Source: Bacilli bacterium (GTDB lineage: Bacteria > Bacillota_I > Bacilli_A > ML615J-28 > CAG-698). From it: a stretch of 64,000 nt of DNA. The DNA lies in NCBI GenBank assembly GCA_050953065.1, contig JBMNLZ010000002.1, positions 319,305 to 383,304 of the forward strand, read 5' to 3'. Numbering within the stretch: the stretch's first letter is position 1; every line of letters starts with the position of its first letter. Of this stretch, positions 11,076-21,467 are shown piece by piece. The notes beneath the pieces are model-generated. The model saw only the letters and a program-made list of their open reading frames with translations, did not search any database and was not told where the DNA came from. The translations under genes and the position numbers were made by a program.

Positions 11076-11657
11076 GTGAAATATATGTGGTTTAATATAA
11101 AAAGTAGATTACCTGTCTTTGAAACTGAAAGGTTAATCGTAAGAGAAGTAGAATTAGATGATGCAGCTGATTTTTATGAATATGGTAAATTAGCTAATAT
11201 TGGAGATGCTGCTGGGTGGGAAGCGCATTATAGTAAATATGATAGTAGAATGAGAATTGAGATAATGCGCAAAAAAACTGATTCTAATCATTTAGGATTA
11301 TTTAGTGTTGTTTTAAAATCCGAAAATAAGATGATAGGGACAGTTGAACTACATAGCTATCAACCAAAATTTAAAGCAGAATTAGGATATACTATTAACC
11401 CTAAATATTGGGGAAATAATTATGCAGTTGAAGCTAGTAAAGCTTTACTAAAATGGGGGTTTAAAGAATTAGGATTAAAAAGAATAGAATGTTCTTGTTA
11501 TTTAGATAATGTACAATCAATGAGGGTTTGTGAGAAACTTCTTTTCACAAACGAAGGAATTAAAAAAAGAGGATATATAAATTATAAAGGCGAATGTGTT
11601 GATATTATGACTTATGCACTCACAGTTGATGAGTATTATGAAAGGTATGGAATATGA
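11076..11657 (+). CDS. GNAT family N-acetyltransferase (RimJ/RimL-like)
   Basis: Size and acetyl-CoA-binding fold-like segments typical of RimL-type GNATs. No gene symbol assigned. Confidence 0.55.
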   Translation: MKYMWFNIKSRLPVFETERLIVREVELDDAADFYEYGKLANIGDAAGWEAHYSKYDSRMRIEIMRKKTDSNHLGLFSVVLKSENKMIGTVELHSYQPKFKAELGYTINPKYWGNNYAVEASKALLKWGFKELGLKRIECSCYLDNVQSMRVCEKLLFTNEGIKKRGYINYKGECVDIMTYALTVDEYYERYGI

Positions 11658-12382
11658 AAAAATATTTAATTTTAATTGTTTTACTTTTGTCTTTAACAGG
11701 TTGTGAATTTTTGGAAGAAACTTTTTCTAATAATACTGTACCGATGGCAAGCATTAATGCAATTAGTCAAAATGTTATTAAATCAAATATTGAGATTACG
11801 GTAAAACCATATACTCTAAATTATTTAAGCCAAAAGGTTTATAGTGATCACTTTATTAGTGGTAGTGGAGTAGTTTATGCTATTAAAAATGAAGATATTT
11901 ATCTTTTAACTAATAGACATGTTGTTATTCCTAATGGGGGAAGTAATTATGATTATTTGATTCAAACAGTTAATGGGACTGAAGTAGAAGCAAGATATAT
12001 TTATAGTTCTGATATTTATGATTTAGCAATTTTAGCTTTTACAAAAACAGATACTTTAGCAGAAGAAGTTGCTAAGATTAGATTTGCTAGTGAAAATGAA
12101 ATTTTAGGTGGAGTAGTTTATGCTGTTGGATCTCCTTTTGGAATGAACAATATTTTAACTGTTGGTAAGGTTTATAAATACAGTAATATTGATGAAGTAG
12201 ATTTTCAAATTGTTTTGCACACTGCTCCAATTAATACAGGAAATAGTGGAGGAATGTTAATCAATAAAGATTATTATTTAGTTGGTATTAATACTTGGAA
12301 TGTTACAGTTAATGGGACTTCTTATAGTGGAGCAACGCCAATATTAGAAGTGTTAGAGTTTTTAGAATCAGCTCCTAAATAA
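11654..12382 (+). CDS. Trypsin-like (S1) serine protease lipoprotein
   Basis: Lipobox LTGC; catalytic His (NRHVV) and catalytic Ser motif TGNSGG. Confidence 0.65.
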   Translation: MKKYLILIVLLLSLTGCEFLEETFSNNTVPMASINAISQNVIKSNIEITVKPYTLNYLSQKVYSDHFISGSGVVYAIKNEDIYLLTNRHVVIPNGGSNYDYLIQTVNGTEVEARYIYSSDIYDLAILAFTKTDTLAEEVAKIRFASENEILGGVVYAVGSPFGMNNILTVGKVYKYSNIDEVDFQIVLHTAPINTGNSGGMLINKDYYLVGINTWNVTVNGTSYSGATPILEVLEFLESAPK

Positions 12383-12383
12383 A

Positions 12384-12420
12384 ATAAAACTCGCTTAGTT
12401 TTAAGCGAGTTTTATTTTTT
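12384..12420. terminator. Bidirectional Rho-independent terminator shared by convergent genes
   Basis: A-run, then hairpin aaaactcgctta-gttt-taagcgagtttt, then T-run. Confidence 0.75.
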
Positions 12421-12592
12421 AAATTTTAGATTCTTTAAATAGTCTTTTTAACTTTTACACCTTCATAATTTTGTATCCGTTCGAAGTACAAGTTCAACTA
12501 CTTAACTTTAAATAATAATTCCTAACTATATAAAAGTAAAAAAACCTATTTTAAAAGTATAAATTAAAAGCTAGATATCTTCTTTACAGAAC

Positions 12593-13633
12593 CTATATTA
12601 TTAAATCAGCTCTTAGAATTATATCTTGTGTATCATAATATTTTTTTTCCATAGGAAGCCAAGTTTTTTTAAATTTAGGATAGAGTTTTTTATCGCGCTT
12701 AATTAATCGCTTTTTTTGTTCTTCTTTGGTTACATCTAAATAGATTAATCTTTTATAAAATCTTCTAAAAACATCTAAATAACTAAAGACTCCTTCAATG
12801 ATAACTAAAGAATGTATGAATTCTCTTTTTTCAAAATATTTTTGAGTTTTACAATTAAAAGCTTGAAAAGAAATCTCTTCATTTTGCGATAGCCTTGAGA
12901 TAACATCTTTTAAAGCATCTACATCAATATTACCACCTAAGGTAGATAATTGTTTTCTTGTTTGGAGAGTTTTTGGTAAAAAGAAATCATCCATATGAAT
13001 AATTGTAATGTTTTGTTCACGCAAGTTTTTAGCCAGAGTCGTTTTACCTGAAGCAGCTTTTCCTTCTAGGGCTATTATATTAAAACGGTTGCCTTGTTTA
13101 AAGTGTTTAATGTAGTTTTTAAATTGTAAGTCTTTCATGTAAGATGGCATAACGCTTTTAGATATTACTCTATAATGAGGATTATATTTTTCTTTATAGA
13201 TTTTTGAATGACTTAATGGCTTAATTTCTTTTAAATAATTATTGATAAAATCTTTTGAAGAATTATAGTCTAATTTTATTTTTTGATCTTTAATTAATGA
13301 AAGTAAAAGTTTTAAACTTTTTTTAAAACCTTTAGTATTTTTCTTTTTAGAAAAAGAATTAATAAACCATTCATTAACTTCTTCTAAAGGGATATTATTA
13401 GCTTTAATGGCACTTAAGTTTAGTCTTACTGTATTTAAGCCAATATCTTCATAGATAAAAAAAGGTATTTCATAATCTAGACTATCAATTTCGTCTGTAA
13501 GCATTTTTAAAGAAGTTTTTTTATCTAAAGATAGGTGTTCTCCTTTAAAAAAACTTTGATAAAGAAGTTTTATGAAATCCTCTATTTGCATCTGTGGATA
13601 TTTTTTGTAGTGATGTAATAATATTTCTCTCAT
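12593..13633 (-). CDS. Uridine-kinase/PRK-family P-loop kinase with an uncharacterised roughly 180-aa N-terminal domain
   Basis: Walker A IIALEGKAASGKTT and HMDDFF (compare Udk PMDDYY) in the C-terminal half; the N-terminal half has no recognisable motif. Confidence 0.4.
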   Translation of the reverse strand: MREILLHHYKKYPQMQIEDFIKLLYQSFFKGEHLSLDKKTSLKMLTDEIDSLDYEIPFFIYEDIGLNTVRLNLSAIKANNIPLEEVNEWFINSFSKKKNTKGFKKSLKLLLSLIKDQKIKLDYNSSKDFINNYLKEIKPLSHSKIYKEKYNPHYRVISKSVMPSYMKDLQFKNYIKHFKQGNRFNIIALEGKAASGKTTLAKNLREQNITIIHMDDFFLPKTLQTRKQLSTLGGNIDVDALKDVISRLSQNEEISFQAFNCKTQKYFEKREFIHSLVIIEGVFSYLDVFRRFYKRLIYLDVTKEEQKKRLIKRDKKLYPKFKKTWLPMEKKYYDTQDIILRADLII

Positions 13634-13760
13634 AGTAAATAAATTATATCATAAAATTAATAATTTTAGAATAAATAGATAAATTAAAATATTAGATAAT
13701 CTTGCTTAAATAGTTTGGTTTATGATATTATATATTAAGTAAATAAAGGATTAATTAGTC

Positions 13761-15215
13761 ATGAAAAAAATTATTAAAAGTAAAACATTTTTAGAATATA
13801 AGGTTCCATCTATTAAAGAAGCACGCTTAAGGCTTGATAGAGTAACTCATCATTTAGATTATGAGTTAGATGAAAAATATCAAGGGCTTTTTAAAAATAA
13901 AAAGTATTTACTTAAAACATATGGTTGTCAAGCTAACTTAAGTGATAGTGAAAAGATAGCTGGGATTTTAGAGTTTATCGGTTTTATAAAAACACAAACT
14001 GAAGAAGAAGCTGATTTAATTATTTTTAATACTTGTGCAATTAGAGAAAATGCAGAAGAAAGAGTCTTTGGAGAGTTAGGTAGAGTAAGTCAGTTAAAAT
14101 ATAAAAAGAATGATTTAATAATTGTTGTTTGCGGGTGTATGCCTCAAGAAGAAAAAACAGTCAGTCTAATCAAACAAAAATATAGACATGTTGATTTAGT
14201 AATTGGGACTCATAATTTTTATAGAATTGCTGAATATTTAAAAACTCTTTATGAGACTAATCAAAGAATGACAGTGGTTTATTCTAAAGAAGGAGAAGTT
14301 GTAGAAGTAGGCTTTTCAAAAAGAGAAAGTAAAGTTAAAGCTTGGGTTGACATTATGTATGGCTGTGATGAGTTTTGTACATACTGTATAGTCCCTTATA
14401 CTAGAGGAAAAGAAAGATCAAGGCTACCTGAAAATATCATTAATGAAGTTAAAGAGTTGATTAATTTAGGTTATCAAGAAATAACTCTTTTAGGTCAAAA
14501 TGTTAATTCATATGGAAAAGATTTAAATCTTAATTATTATTTTAGTGATTTATTAAATGATTTAGGAAAATTAGAAATTCCTAGAATTCGTTTTACAACA
14601 AGTCATCCTAAAGACTTTGATAAAGAAACTGCTATAGCAATGGCAAACAATAAAAACATTATGCCACACCTACACTTACCAGTTCAATCTGGAAGTAATA
14701 AAATCTTAAAAAAGATGAATAGAAAATATACAAAGGAAGAATATTTAGAAAAGATTAACTTTTTAAAATCTTTAATTCCAGACATCTCTCTTACTACTGA
14801 TATCATCGTAGCTTTTCCAGGAGAAGAAAAAGAAGATTTTGAAGAAACTCTAGATTTAGTTAGAAAAGCTAACTTTGAAGGAGTTTACACTTTTATTTAT
14901 TCTAAAAGAGAAGGAACTCCAGCTGCAAAACTAGAAAACAATTTAGAAGAAGATGTAAAAAAAGAAAGATTATATAAATTAAATGAATTAATTAATGAAG
15001 GTTTTGCTAGAGGAAATAAAAGATTTGAAGGAGAAGTTGTAGAAGTTTTAGTAGATGGAATAAGTGAGAAAAATGATTTGCTTTTAATGGGCTATACTAA
15101 ACATAATAAATTAGTTAATTTTGAAGGTGATAAATCTTTAATTGGAAGAATCGTTAATATTAAAATTACTAAAACTTATACTTGGCATTTGTTTGGTGAG
15201 GTAGTAGATAAATAA
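13761..15215 (+). CDS. miaB: tRNA methylthiotransferase (MiaB/RimO family radical SAM enzyme)
   Basis: Radical SAM CDEFCTYCIVP, N-terminal MTTase domain (YGCQANLSDSE) and C-terminal TRAM domain. Confidence 0.8.
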   Translation: MKKIIKSKTFLEYKVPSIKEARLRLDRVTHHLDYELDEKYQGLFKNKKYLLKTYGCQANLSDSEKIAGILEFIGFIKTQTEEEADLIIFNTCAIRENAEERVFGELGRVSQLKYKKNDLIIVVCGCMPQEEKTVSLIKQKYRHVDLVIGTHNFYRIAEYLKTLYETNQRMTVVYSKEGEVVEVGFSKRESKVKAWVDIMYGCDEFCTYCIVPYTRGKERSRLPENIINEVKELINLGYQEITLLGQNVNSYGKDLNLNYYFSDLLNDLGKLEIPRIRFTTSHPKDFDKETAIAMANNKNIMPHLHLPVQSGSNKILKKMNRKYTKEEYLEKINFLKSLIPDISLTTDIIVAFPGEEKEDFEETLDLVRKANFEGVYTFIYSKREGTPAAKLENNLEEDVKKERLYKLNELINEGFARGNKRFEGEVVEVLVDGISEKNDLLLMGYTKHNKLVNFEGDKSLIGRIVNIKITKTYTWHLFGEVVDK

Positions 15216-15232
15216 TTTAAAAATAAATTATG

Positions 15233-15266
15233 AAAAAAGAAACTCTTATTTTGAGTTTCTTTATTT
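15233..15266. terminator. Bidirectional terminator between miaB and the DUF362 gene
   Basis: A-run, hairpin aagaaactc-ttattttg-gagtttctt, then T-run. Confidence 0.7.
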
Positions 15267-16421
15267 ATCTCTATTTTTAAGAAGTATTTTTCCAGGTAAA
15301 GGACGTTTACTTTTTGAAATTGCATTTTGTGGGCAAACCTCAGCACAACACCAACATCTAATACATTGTTTTTTCTTTAATTTAGGGAATTCTTTTGGTT
15401 TTATCTTCATTGCTTTTGGAGGACATATTTTAGCACATTCCCCGCATTTAATACAAAGGCTATTATCTATTACAGGATGTTCTAATAAAAGGTTTCTGAT
15501 TGGTTTAAATTTAATTAGTCTAAGAGCTTTAATACTCATTGAATCTTTTGGTGGAATAAACTTTAAGTTTAATTTCTTATAATCATCACCAAGGATAGTA
15601 ATATTTTTAATATTACTTTCTCCATAACCTCTTTTTCCAGCAATTTTTGTGATAAACAATTTATCATAATCAAGTCCTACAGCATCAACTGCTACAGTAT
15701 CTAGGCTAATTGCATCAAGTGAAGTTAAAATTAGTTTTGAATTAATAGGACTTCCAGCAGTTGAAGGCCCTTCACCTTCAAGTCCTATAATCCCATCACA
15801 AACATTAATAATAGTTTTACCACCTCTAGCCTCAAGCAAAGCTCCATATAAATCATTCATCATCTCTCCAAATTGTAATGGGTCAGATGCTTTAACATGC
15901 CAAGCTCCTTTACTTAAACCATAAATTAAACCAAAGAAGTTTTTTTCAGCTACGGTCATATAAGCAAGAGCATGAGTTTTTAGTTTTGGAAGGTTAATTA
16001 AAACATCAGCTTCAATCATTTCTTTTGAAACTTCAAAGGCACTATAGTATTTATAATTAGAGTTTTCAATATGTGCGAAATTTTTTGGATTAAAGAAAGG
16101 GATTTGTTCTTCTTGAACTGTTTTATACATTCCGTTTTTCTTAAAACAGTGAACCATTTCTTTTGTAGCGGGATTATCACCTACTATGATATTTGAAGTA
16201 ATTGGTTTTATTAGTTGAATAACTGCTTTTAAAAAGATGGGATTAGTAGTGATTGCTTTTGATACATCAAAAGCACCTAAACAATTAACCTTTAAAAAAA
16301 CAGATTGATTAGGTTTAATTAAATTGTTTAGGCCACCTAATAAATCAAAACTTTCAGTTAGTTTTGATTTTATAGTTTCTAAATCGTATTCTTCACATAT
16401 TTTTACTACTACTTTACTCAT
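15261..16421 (-). CDS. DUF362 domain protein with C-terminal 2x[4Fe-4S] ferredoxin domain
   Basis: Two CxxCxxCxxxCP motifs (CIKCGECAKICPP, CIRCWCCAEVCPQ) at the C-terminus; DUF362-like N-terminal region. Confidence 0.65.
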   Translation of the reverse strand: MSKVVVKICEEYDLETIKSKLTESFDLLGGLNNLIKPNQSVFLKVNCLGAFDVSKAITTNPIFLKAVIQLIKPITSNIIVGDNPATKEMVHCFKKNGMYKTVQEEQIPFFNPKNFAHIENSNYKYYSAFEVSKEMIEADVLINLPKLKTHALAYMTVAEKNFFGLIYGLSKGAWHVKASDPLQFGEMMNDLYGALLEARGGKTIINVCDGIIGLEGEGPSTAGSPINSKLILTSLDAISLDTVAVDAVGLDYDKLFITKIAGKRGYGESNIKNITILGDDYKKLNLKFIPPKDSMSIKALRLIKFKPIRNLLLEHPVIDNSLCIKCGECAKICPPKAMKIKPKEFPKLKKKQCIRCWCCAEVCPQNAISKSKRPLPGKILLKNRDK

Positions 16422-16548
16422 ATCTTATCACCATAAATAATTATACTAAAAAATCATTTAAAAAAGAAGTATAAATTTTATATTAATTATACTAGTGATT
16501 TTTTAAGTAAATTATGATAGAATAAGATAAATGTAGGCGAGGTGTCTT

Positions 16549-19170
16549 ATGAAAAAAGCAGTATTAATTGATGGCAATAGTTTAATGTTTAGAGCTTTCT
16601 ATGCAACCTTTTATGGGAATGTTATGAGAAGTTCTACTGGACTATATACTAATGCAATTTTTGGTTTTGTTAATATGATGAATAAAATCTTAGAAACCGA
16701 GTATGATTATATCTTTGTTGCTTTTGATGTAGGTAAAGAAACATTTCGTCATAAACGCCTTGAAAGCTATAAAGCAAATCGCTCTCAAATGCCAGAAGAA
16801 ATGGCTATGCAAATAGATTACATTAAAGAATATCTGGATATCTTAAATATCAAACGTCTAGAAATGATAGAATATGAAGCAGATGATTTACTAGCAATTG
16901 CAAGTAAGAATATCTATAATGATGTAGATGAGATTGAAATAATATCAGGTGACAAAGACCTACTACAACTAGTAAACGATAAGATAAAGGTCAGTTTAAC
17001 TAAAAAAGGAATTACAGAATTATTAACTTATGATAATGATAACTTTTTCTCTCTTTTTGGATTAAACCCTAATCAAGTAACTGACTTTAAAGGATTAGTA
17101 GGAGATGCATCGGATAATTTGCCTGGTATTAAAGGAATTGGAGAAAAAACTGCTTTAAAACTTTTAACTGAATTTGGAAGCTTAGAAAATATTTATAATA
17201 ATTTAGATAAATTATCTGAAAGAAATAAAAATCTTTTCTTAGAGAATAAAGAGATTAGTTTTGAATGTAAATATCTTGCAACTTTAGTTCAAGATGATAA
17301 AAGCATTTTATCGTTAGAAGATATTAAAAAAGAAGCGCCTGATTTAGAAAAACTTAATAAGTTCTATAGAGATTTAGAATTTTATTCATTCTTAAAGAAG
17401 TTAGAGATTGAAGAAAAAAGTGTAGAAGAATTAGACTATGAAATAATTTCAGATCTAAATTATGACTTTTCTTTTTTAAAAGAAGATTCAATAATTGAGG
17501 TTGAAATATTTGGTTTAAATTACTACAATGCTTTATTTTTAGGGCTTGGTATTATTTGTAATTTGAAAGCATATTTTATTGAAAAAGAAGTAGTTGTTAA
17601 TTCTAAATCTTTAAAAGCATATTTAGAAAATGAAAAGTATAAAAAGAAAACATTTAATTATAAAAAAAATTATGTTGTTTTAAAAAAATTTGGAATTTCA
17701 TTAAATGGACTTGACTTTGATTTATTACTTGATAGTTATTTAATAAACCCTGATAATGCATCAGAAGATATTAAAAATATCGCTGATAGATATCTAGTTG
17801 TTTGTGAGAATTATTATGATGGAGTATATGGTTCTGGTAAAAAAGCTAATGTTCCTTTAATTAATGTTTATAGTAAATATGCAATAAGAAAATGTTTAGT
17901 AATAAAAGAGTTAGAAGAAAAAATTAAGAATGATTTAAAGGATATTAATTTATCATTATTAAAAGATGTTGAATATTATTTATCTAAAGTTTTAGGTGAT
18001 ATGGAAATATCTGGATTATTAATTAATAAAGCTAAATTAAATTCAATTGGAAAAGACTTAGAAGAAAAAGCATTAGCTAAAACTAATGAAATTTATAAAC
18101 AAGTAGGATATGAATTTAATATCTCATCTCCTAAACAATTAGCTGTAGCTTTATTTGAAAAGATGGGATTGCCAACTGGAAAGAAAAATAAAACAGGATA
18201 TTCAACTGATTCAAATGTTTTAGAACAATTAAGTTATGAAGGCTTTAAAATAGCTGATGATATTTTAGAATATAGAACACTTGTAAAGATTAATAGTACT
18301 TATGTTTCAAGTTTAATTGAATTAGCTGATAACAAAAGTTATCTTCACCCATTATATAAACAAGCTCTAACAACAACAGGAAGACTTTCTTCATATGATC
18401 CTAATATTCAAAATATGCCAATTAGAACTGAAACTGGTCAAGTAATAAGAGATGCATTTGTTTCTAGGTTTGTTAATGGCAGTATTGTTAGTGCTGATTA
18501 TTCTCAAATTGAATTAAGAGTTGTAGCTCATCTTTCAAATGATGATAATATGTGTCAGATGTTTAAGGATGGCTGTGATATTCATACAATTACAGCAAGT
18601 CAAATATTTGAAGTTAATCAAAATGAAGTAACGCCTACTATGAGAAGAACAGCTAAAGCAATTAACTTTGGAATTATTTATGGCATTAGTGCTTGGGGTT
18701 TGAGTAATAATGCTAAGATTACTCCAAAAGAAGCTGAGCTTTATATAAAAAAATATTTTAAAACTTTTCCTAAAGTAAAAACTTTCTTAGATGATGTAGT
18801 AGACTTTGCAAGAAAAGAGGGCTATACAAAGACACTTTTTAATAGAAGACGTTATATTAGTGAAATTAATAGTTCAAATAGAATGTTAAAAGAAGCATCA
18901 GAAAGAACTGCGATGAATGCTCCAGTTCAAGGAACTGCAGCTGATATTATAAAAATTGCTATGAACTTAGTTCATAGTGAATTAAAAAGGAAAGGCTTTA
19001 GAGCACTTTTAATTGCTCAAGTACATGATGAATTGTTATTTGATGTACCGCATGATGAAGTAGAAGAAGTTAAAACATTAGTTAAAAAAATTATGGAAAA
19101 TGCTGTTAGTTTAAGTGTACCCTTAGAAGTAGAGGTAAGTAGTGGGAAAACGTGGCTAGCGGCAAAATAA
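16549..19170 (+). CDS. polA: DNA polymerase I
   Basis: 5'-3' exonuclease domain at the N-terminus; polymerase motifs A (DYSQIELRV) and C (QVHDEL). Confidence 0.95.
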   Translation: MKKAVLIDGNSLMFRAFYATFYGNVMRSSTGLYTNAIFGFVNMMNKILETEYDYIFVAFDVGKETFRHKRLESYKANRSQMPEEMAMQIDYIKEYLDILNIKRLEMIEYEADDLLAIASKNIYNDVDEIEIISGDKDLLQLVNDKIKVSLTKKGITELLTYDNDNFFSLFGLNPNQVTDFKGLVGDASDNLPGIKGIGEKTALKLLTEFGSLENIYNNLDKLSERNKNLFLENKEISFECKYLATLVQDDKSILSLEDIKKEAPDLEKLNKFYRDLEFYSFLKKLEIEEKSVEELDYEIISDLNYDFSFLKEDSIIEVEIFGLNYYNALFLGLGIICNLKAYFIEKEVVVNSKSLKAYLENEKYKKKTFNYKKNYVVLKKFGISLNGLDFDLLLDSYLINPDNASEDIKNIADRYLVVCENYYDGVYGSGKKANVPLINVYSKYAIRKCLVIKELEEKIKNDLKDINLSLLKDVEYYLSKVLGDMEISGLLINKAKLNSIGKDLEEKALAKTNEIYKQVGYEFNISSPKQLAVALFEKMGLPTGKKNKTGYSTDSNVLEQLSYEGFKIADDILEYRTLVKINSTYVSSLIELADNKSYLHPLYKQALTTTGRLSSYDPNIQNMPIRTETGQVIRDAFVSRFVNGSIVSADYSQIELRVVAHLSNDDNMCQMFKDGCDIHTITASQIFEVNQNEVTPTMRRTAKAINFGIIYGISAWGLSNNAKITPKEAELYIKKYFKTFPKVKTFLDDVVDFARKEGYTKTLFNRRRYISEINSSNRMLKEASERTAMNAPVQGTAADIIKIAMNLVHSELKRKGFRALLIAQVHDELLFDVPHDEVEEVKTLVKKIMENAVSLSVPLEVEVSSGKTWLAAK

Positions 19171-19180
19171 GGGGGTTAAA

Positions 19181-19696
19181 ATGGATATTTTTGAAGCTAT
19201 AAAGAATAGAAGAAGTATTAGAAAGTTTTCTAATAAAGAAATCAAACAAACAGAAATTGAGACAATGATTAGAATGGCAATGCAAGCTCCAACTGCTCGT
19301 GGTCAAAAACCATGGAGGTTTCTTGTTGTAAGTGATAAAAAAATATTAAAAGAATTATCAAATATTTTATCTAATGGAATAATGTTAGTTGAAGCTAGTC
19401 TTTGTATTATTTTAGTAACGGATAAATCTGATTTAGCATCAGTTGAGTATTATCCTCAAGATATGGCTGCAGCAACTCAAAACTTAATGTTAGCAGCAAC
19501 GGCACTAAACATTGGAAGTTGTTGGCTTGGAACTTATCCAAATATTGAAAGAATGGAAAAGTTAGAAAAACTAATTCCTCTTCCTGAAAACTGTGAATAC
19601 TTTTCAATGATAGCTTTAGGTTATCCAAAAGATGAGGCTGATTTAAAATTTATTGATAAATATGATTCAAGTAGAATCCATTATGATAGGTTTTAA
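19181..19696 (+). CDS. Nitroreductase family protein
   Basis: RRSIRKF motif near the N-terminus; small FMN-dependent nitroreductase fold. Confidence 0.7.
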   Translation: MDIFEAIKNRRSIRKFSNKEIKQTEIETMIRMAMQAPTARGQKPWRFLVVSDKKILKELSNILSNGIMLVEASLCIILVTDKSDLASVEYYPQDMAAATQNLMLAATALNIGSCWLGTYPNIERMEKLEKLIPLPENCEYFSMIALGYPKDEADLKFIDKYDSSRIHYDRF

Positions 19697-19699
19697 ATA

Positions 19700-20515
19700 A
19701 TGCCAGAATTACCTGAAGTTGAAACCGTCAAAAATCATTTAAGTAGTTTAATTAAAGGTGAAGTGATTAAATCAGTTGAAGTTAGATGGGATAATTTAAT
19801 TGCTAATGTAAGTAAAATAGAATTTGAAAGTAAATTAAAGAATCAAAAAATAAATGAAATTAAAAGAAAAGCTAAATATTTAATTTTTGAACTGAATAAT
19901 TTTTATCTTTTATCTCATTTAAGAATGGAAGGAAAATACATTTTAAAAAATGATTTAAGTTTAAATAAACATGACCATATTATCTTTTACCTTGAAAGTA
20001 AAAAATTCTTGATATATAATGATGTTAGAAAATTTGGTAAGTTTTATTTATTTAATAAAGAGACTGATATCTTTAAAGAAAAACCTTTATCTTTAATAGG
20101 AGTTGAAGCTAATTCAAATGAATTAACCTTTAGTTATCTAAAAGAAAAGTTTGAAAAGAAAAATATAGCTATTAAAACAGTTTTACTTGATCAAAGCGTT
20201 TTAAGCGGGCTTGGAAATATTTATGCAAATGAGGTTTTATTTAAAGCATTAGTTAATCCTCATAAATTAGCCAGTTCATTAAATGATTTAGAAATTAATA
20301 ATATCATTAAATATTCAAAAGAAATTTTAGATAAAGCGATCCTATTAGGTGGTACTACTATAAGGTCTTTTAAGGTAGATGATATTGATGGACGTTTTCA
20401 AAATGATTTAAATGTTCATATGAAAAAGACTTGTCCTAAATGTGGAGAGTTAATCAGTAAAGATTTTATTAATAAAAGAAGTAGTTATTATTGTAAGAGT
20501 TGTCAGAAACTATAA
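19700..20515 (+). CDS. mutM: Formamidopyrimidine-DNA glycosylase
   Basis: Catalytic N-terminus MPELPEVE and C-terminal zinc finger CPKCG…CKSC; polA-mutM-coaE order is conserved. Confidence 0.9.
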   Translation: MPELPEVETVKNHLSSLIKGEVIKSVEVRWDNLIANVSKIEFESKLKNQKINEIKRKAKYLIFELNNFYLLSHLRMEGKYILKNDLSLNKHDHIIFYLESKKFLIYNDVRKFGKFYLFNKETDIFKEKPLSLIGVEANSNELTFSYLKEKFEKKNIAIKTVLLDQSVLSGLGNIYANEVLFKALVNPHKLASSLNDLEINNIIKYSKEILDKAILLGGTTIRSFKVDDIDGRFQNDLNVHMKKTCPKCGELISKDFINKRSSYYCKSCQKL

Positions 20516-20526
20516 GGAGAATAAAA

Positions 20527-21090
20527 ATGGTTATCGGAATAACTGGCTCAATTGCTAGTGGAAAATCACTTGTTTCAAATTACTTAATCAAAAAAGGTTT
20601 TAAAGTCATAGATGCTGATAAAATTGCTAAAGAAGTTTTTGAAAAGAAATTAAAGAAAATAAAAAAGTTATTCCCTAATGCCTTAATTGGTGGTAAAATA
20701 GATAAGAAGCAAATCGCTTTAGAAATTTTTAATTCTAAAGAAAATAAAGAAAAATTAGAAAATCTAATTCATCCTTTAGTTTTTAGAAAAATAAAACAAA
20801 ATATTAAGGAAAATAAAGAAAGGTTAATTTTTGTTGATTTACCACTTTTATATGAAACTAATTCTGTTAATCTTTTTGATAAAGTAGTAGTAGTTTATGT
20901 AACTAAAGATATTCAAGTAAAAAGATTAATGGAAAGAGATAATATTGATGAAAGTTATGCTTTGAAAAAGATTGTTTCCCAAAAGTCAATGGAAGAAAAG
21001 AAAAATGAAGCAGATTTTGTAATTGATAACAGTAAAACTCAAGAAGAAACCTTTAGGCAAGTTGATGAGGTATTGGAGAAAATAAAATGA
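20527..21090 (+). CDS. coaE: Dephospho-CoA kinase
   Basis: P-loop GITGSIASGKS; start chosen at MVIGITG (20527) rather than the upstream in-frame Met. Confidence 0.85.
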   Translation: MVIGITGSIASGKSLVSNYLIKKGFKVIDADKIAKEVFEKKLKKIKKLFPNALIGGKIDKKQIALEIFNSKENKEKLENLIHPLVFRKIKQNIKENKERLIFVDLPLLYETNSVNLFDKVVVVYVTKDIQVKRLMERDNIDESYALKKIVSQKSMEEKKNEADFVIDNSKTQEETFRQVDEVLEKIK

Positions 21091-21455
21091 AATTTTTAGA
21101 TTATTTTAGTAATGAATTTGAAACTAGAGAAGATCACTATATACCTAGTTTAAAAACTAGGTATTATAGAGTTAGAAATGAAGAAGCTTATGAGAAAATT
21201 AAACAAGTAATCTTACAAGAAAAAGGAAGAATAAAAAGTGAGAGTACTAATTATCATGAGATTTTTTATGAAACTCCTAAATATAGTGCTGTTATAATTT
21301 ATCTAAGTCCTAAGATTAGTGAAACAGCAATTGATATAAAAGTAACAACTTATAGAATGTTTGGTCTTTTAGGACCTGGTAAAAAAATAATAGAAAGGCT
21401 TTATCAAGAATTAGATAAAGTTCTACCTTATAAAGGAACTAGTTTATACAAGTAA
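21087..21455 (+). CDS. Hypothetical protein, start overlaps the coaE stop (ATGA)
   Basis: 122 aa with no recognisable motifs. Confidence 0.4.
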   Translation: MKFLDYFSNEFETREDHYIPSLKTRYYRVRNEEAYEKIKQVILQEKGRIKSESTNYHEIFYETPKYSAVIIYLSPKISETAIDIKVTTYRMFGLLGPGKKIIERLYQELDKVLPYKGTSLYK

Positions 21456-21467
21456 GGTGAGGGATAT

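Noticed and set aside
19106-19628. Minus-strand ORFs 19106-19306 and 19407-19628
   Set aside because: Antisense to the polA 3' end and the nitroreductase gene.
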